A stretch of 63,060 nucleotides of DNA, counting the filler. It is 5 parts of 5 records of this genome, joined end to end, with 100 filler letters (N's around TTAATTAATTAA, not from the genome) between each part and the next. Parts side by side here need not be neighbours in the genome. Positions count along the whole stretch, not along the records: positions 55,134 to 63,060 come from SRR31156797_10271; 4 more parts are not named here. One strand, given 5' to 3'. The notes beneath the pieces were generated by a model. The model made no database searches. It was not told the DNA's origin and was given only the letters and a program-made list of their open reading frames with translations. A program made the translations under genes and the position numbers. This document shows, one piece after another, positions 60,001 to 63,060 of this stretch (its first letter is position 1; each line of letters opens with the position of its first letter).

Positions 60001-60666
60001 TTATTTTGCACTGCTGATCCTCAGAGATAATTTCTTAGCCCAATATTCAAGCGTGGAATAAGCATGCTTCTCCGTGTAATCCTCTTCTTTTTTAACATCT
60101 ACCCCCAATCCGTGGGTTTGAACCACCGACGCGATAGATTTTCCAGTCAAGCTGTCAGTTATTTCACCTTCCATTCCTAGAACCGCGACACTGTCTCTTA
60201 CTCCGGTTGCCTCTCCAACGCCTGTAATGACAAGGCCAGCTGGGATAAAGTTGTAAACCTTCATCCCCTTTCGCTGGACATCAATGCTGGTGATGGCGGG
60301 CCGAATTCTGGCGACACCAGGACCGCCCTTCTCTACGATTTCATAACGTTGGGACAATTCTGCGACAATGGATTTATGAAGATGAGCTGTCAATGCATTG
60401 GCGACGTAAGGATCAACTTTCGTTGTTTCTCCAATCAATTCTGGAGCAAAATGAAGGGATACAGGATCAACCATGAATTTTCCATAGGATCTAAAAGAAA
60501 CGCCCGATGCCTGCCAATACATGGCCCCTTTCTTATCCATGGGGTCAGGCTGGAGTTGGCTGTAGTCTTTTAAAAAGCCACTGTACTTCTGCTCGCTTGT
60601 TACGCAACCGGTCGTCATAATAAATAAAAAGGCAATGGTACTGACTATGACAAATTTTAATTTCAT
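60001..60666 (-). CDS. DUF3313-like lipoprotein
   Basis: TGC lipobox, SGFL.DYSQL, R.AIT, E....DS.TG. Confidence 0.75.
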   Translation of the reverse strand: MKLKFVIVSTIAFLFIMTTGCVTSEQKYSGFLKDYSQLQPDPMDKKGAMYWQASGVSFRSYGKFMVDPVSLHFAPELIGETTKVDPYVANALTAHLHKSIVAELSQRYEIVEKGGPGVARIRPAITSIDVQRKGMKVYNFIPAGLVITGVGEATGVRDSVAVLGMEGEITDSLTGKSIASVVQTHGLGVDVKKEEDYTEKHAYSTLEYWAKKLSLRISSAK

Positions 60667-60742
60667 TTCTAAACTCCTCTTTTTTAAAATTATTATATTT
60701 ATTCTGCTGTGTTGCAAATTCGTTTAAAGTATGCCGATGGGT

Positions 60743-61069
60743 TTAAACTTTACTTCTGATGCGCTCGATAAACTCTATTCCTAAAGCCCGTTTTACGTCC
60801 AATATGATAATGCCCGGCTTGATTGTAGCCTGCTCGGATGCTTCTAAAATATTGCTGAACTCCTTAGACGATAAATACGATTCAAAAAACTCCCTTGATT
60901 CCCATATTTCTTCAATTCTGATAAGGTTTTCGTCTTCCAGACTCTGATAGTATGTATATTTTTTGCAGCCTTTCCTCGCGCGTGTTAAACCGGCATCCAA
61001 CCTTAGTATCCTTAATATTTCCCTTCGCTTTTCTGAAGTTAATACTAGATCGATATTTAAAACGTACAT
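60743..61069 (-). CDS. ABM (antibiotic biosynthesis monooxygenase)-fold protein
   Basis: R...GC..Y......E.WES; AGGAGG RBS. Confidence 0.75.
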   Translation of the reverse strand: MYVLNIDLVLTSEKRREILRILRLDAGLTRARKGCKKYTYYQSLEDENLIRIEEIWESREFFESYLSSKEFSNILEASEQATIKPGIIILDVKRALGIEFIERIRSKV

Positions 61070-61126
61070 CCCGCCTCCTGTTGTGAGATTCTCCACAAGC
61101 CTGCCTGGGAACTGATAAACTAAAGT

Positions 61127-61286
61127 TTACAATATGTGTGCCAGTATGAGAACATAGGAAGATCGGGTGGAAGGCACTGATTTATTTGGGTATTGTAAAG
61201 ATAACACAGTCCCATCTGTTTAGAATTCAATTATTTTAGTTCTGAAATAGAGGCTTAGGTCTGAAATATCAGAATAGGGATTTCAG
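61127..61286 (-). promoter_or_regulatory. sigma54 promoter with upstream activator-like repeats
   Basis: CTGGCACACATATTGTAA (-24 perfect, -12 variant GT); TCTGAAATA at 61241 and palindrome TCTGA-AATA-TCAGA at 61260-61273. Confidence 0.55.
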
Positions 61287-61339
61287 TTTGGAGAAATTAC
61301 TTCAACCTAAGAGCCTTTTTGGACCAATCAATGTATATT

Positions 61340-63060
61340 TTAAGAGGATATGCCAAGTTTTTTCATTCTAGACCATAAGGTTTTGGGGTTCATACCAAGC
61401 AAGTTTGCCGCTCCTTTTTTTCCACTAACAATATTCCGGGTTTTGGCCAGGGCGGACCGAATATGTCTAATTTGCATCTCCTCCATTGTGATAAACTCAC
61501 CGGCCGCCAGTGTCTGTTGACCATTTAATTTTACCTGTAATACATGCCCTTGGCACTCAATCATTGCTTTTTCGATCACGTTTTTAAGTTCACGGACATT
61601 CCCAGGCCAGTGGTGTGACCGGAGACTTTTCATATCCTCCTGACTGATATGCTCTATCAGCTTGCCCATACTCCGGCTGTAAAGCTTTATAAAGTGCCAT
61701 ACCAGAATGGGTATATCTTCTTTTCGCTCTCTCAGCGGGGGAACAACGATGGGAAAAACATTCAGCCGAAAAAACAAATCATTCCGAAAACGCCCCTCTT
61801 GAATCTCCTTCTCCAGGTCTCGATTGGTGGCGGCAATCAACCGCACGTCCACATTCACAGTGGACGTGCTGCCAAGCTTTTCAAATTTACCATCTTCTAA
61901 AACCCTGAGCAGTTTTGCCTGAATTTGTAGAGGGAGTTCACCGATCTCATCCAGAAAAAGTGTTGATTTGTCTGCGCTCTCAAACCGGCCGATCTGACTG
62001 GTTAGCGCGCCAGTATAGGCACCTTTTTCCCGGCCGAAAAGTTCACTTTCGATGAGAGATCCTGGAAGCGCAGCACAGTTTACATTGACCATGAACCTGT
62101 CACACCTGGAACCCAATTCATGGATAGCCTTTGCAACCAGTTCCTTGCCAGTGCCCGTTTCCCCAAAAATCAATACGGCGGATTCGGTTTTGGCCACCTG
62201 ATTTATTTTTTCTACCATTTTATGGATATGCCGGCTTTCTCCGATAATACCATGATGCGATTGACGCTTTTGTTTTGTTGGGAGTAACAGCGTTTTTTCC
62301 CTTGATATCGATTGCTTAAGTTTTGAAATTTCCGATTGGGAATGATGCAACCTTTTTTGGGTTTCAACTTGCTTGGACCTATCTAATACCAGTCCACGGT
62401 AATATCGAATCTTTTCATGCTTGTTTCCAGATAGCTCCAGGGATAGCTTTACGTGGAGTTCTGAGTTGTCTTTTTTTTTAAATTTGGTATCGAACCCTTC
62501 CAGAGCGCCTTTTTGCGACAGAACCTTCAAAAAGGTTTTTCTATCCTCTTTACTCATGTAATCTTTTAATAGGGAATTAGATATTAATTTTTCCCTGCTC
62601 TTTTCTCCCATTAATTTGACCAATTGAGCATCGGCGTCGACAATGGTCATATGAGTGTCTGCCAGTACCTTGAATGAGCCCAGATCTAAATGATCAATCA
62701 TGGACTGGTAAATCCTCCTGGATGACAACAATTCCTGAACAGTTTCCTTCCGGTTGAGCCCTTTTCCGATCAGGTCGGAGAAGAGTCCAAAAGCTTCAAG
62801 ATCCTGGTCTGTAAAGTTGTTTTCCGGTCCTACCCGTCCGGCAAGCAGCACGCCTTGTCCGCCTGTTTTCATGACTACAGGTGCGGCCATACATGCGGCC
62901 ACACCAAGTGAGGCAAGCACCTTTTTTTCAGCAATGGCATCTCCCGGTAATTCCATCGGGGAATCCAACTTAATGCTTGCTCTCTTATCTATTTGATTCA
63001 CCAGCCAGGGGTATGAGGTAGCCGGGATCGAAAAAAGAGTTCTCCCATTTTGCCCCCCCG
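61340..63060 (-). CDS. sigma54-dependent enhancer-binding protein (GAF/PAS-AAA+-HTH), 5' truncated
   Basis: GETGTGKE, ESELFG.EKGAYTGA, LFLDEIGE, WPGNVREL, Fis-type HTH; frame open to window end. Confidence 0.93.
   Translation of the reverse strand, partial: GGQNGRTLFSIPATSYPWLVNQIDKRASIKLDSPMELPGDAIAEKKVLASLGVAACMAAPVVMKTGGQGVLLAGRVGPENNFTDQDLEAFGLFSDLIGKGLNRKETVQELLSSRRIYQSMIDHLDLGSFKVLADTHMTIVDADAQLVKLMGEKSREKLISNSLLKDYMSKEDRKTFLKVLSQKGALEGFDTKFKKKDNSELHVKLSLELSGNKHEKIRYYRGLVLDRSKQVETQKRLHHSQSEISKLKQSISREKTLLLPTKQKRQSHHGIIGESRHIHKMVEKINQVAKTESAVLIFGETGTGKELVAKAIHELGSRCDRFMVNVNCAALPGSLIESELFGREKGAYTGALTSQIGRFESADKSTLFLDEIGELPLQIQAKLLRVLEDGKFEKLGSTSTVNVDVRLIAATNRDLEKEIQEGRFRNDLFFRLNVFPIVVPPLRERKEDIPILVWHFIKLYSRSMGKLIEHISQEDMKSLRSHHWPGNVRELKNVIEKAMIECQGHVLQVKLNGQQTLAAGEFITMEEMQIRHIRSALAKTRNIVSGKKGAANLLGMNPKTLWSRMKKLGISS

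Overview
This window is not one locus. It holds five unrelated contigs joined by artificial 100-nt linkers (Ns around TTAATTAATTAA) at 17231-17330, 22466-22565, 40709-40808 and 55034-55133, so gene neighbourhoods are only meaningful within a contig. Contig 1 (1-17230): a RAYT transposase remnant with REP palindromes, then an AT-rich defence island ending near pfkA. The island has a two-methyltransferase (NPPF + NPPY) Type I R-M system, a translationally coupled unknown-protein + double-HxK PLD-nuclease pair, an HNH nuclease and a HEPN-motif protein, followed by a HAD phosphatase. Contig 2 (17331-22465; planctomycete-like, inferred): Ig/dockerin-like protein end, DHH phosphoesterase, sulfotransferase-like protein, HAD hydrolase, AddA-like helicase. 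Contig 3 (22566-40708; Desulfovibrionaceae-like): rimP-nusA-ylxR-infB, flgFGAHIJNKL-csrA-fliW, flgM and NAD kinase, with readable sigma54 and sigma28 promoters. Contig 4 (40809-55033; Desulfobacterales-like): feoAB with repeated DtxR-like operators, a c-di-GMP-I riboswitch ahead of a VPxPA/PEP-CTERM surface protein divergent from a PilZ-LuxR fusion regulator, a hybrid kinase/response regulator, and a Mut7-C/pcm/membrane methyltransferase operon. Contig 5 (55134-63060): a sigma54-activator-linked arylsulfatase cluster. The best candidates for undescribed biology are the helicase-less unknown + PLD module (with the HEPN gene) appended to the m6A/m4C Type I R-M, and the dual c-di-GMP module (riboswitch + PilZ-LuxR) at the PEP-CTERM gene. 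All calls are from motif reading by eye; no database searches were run.
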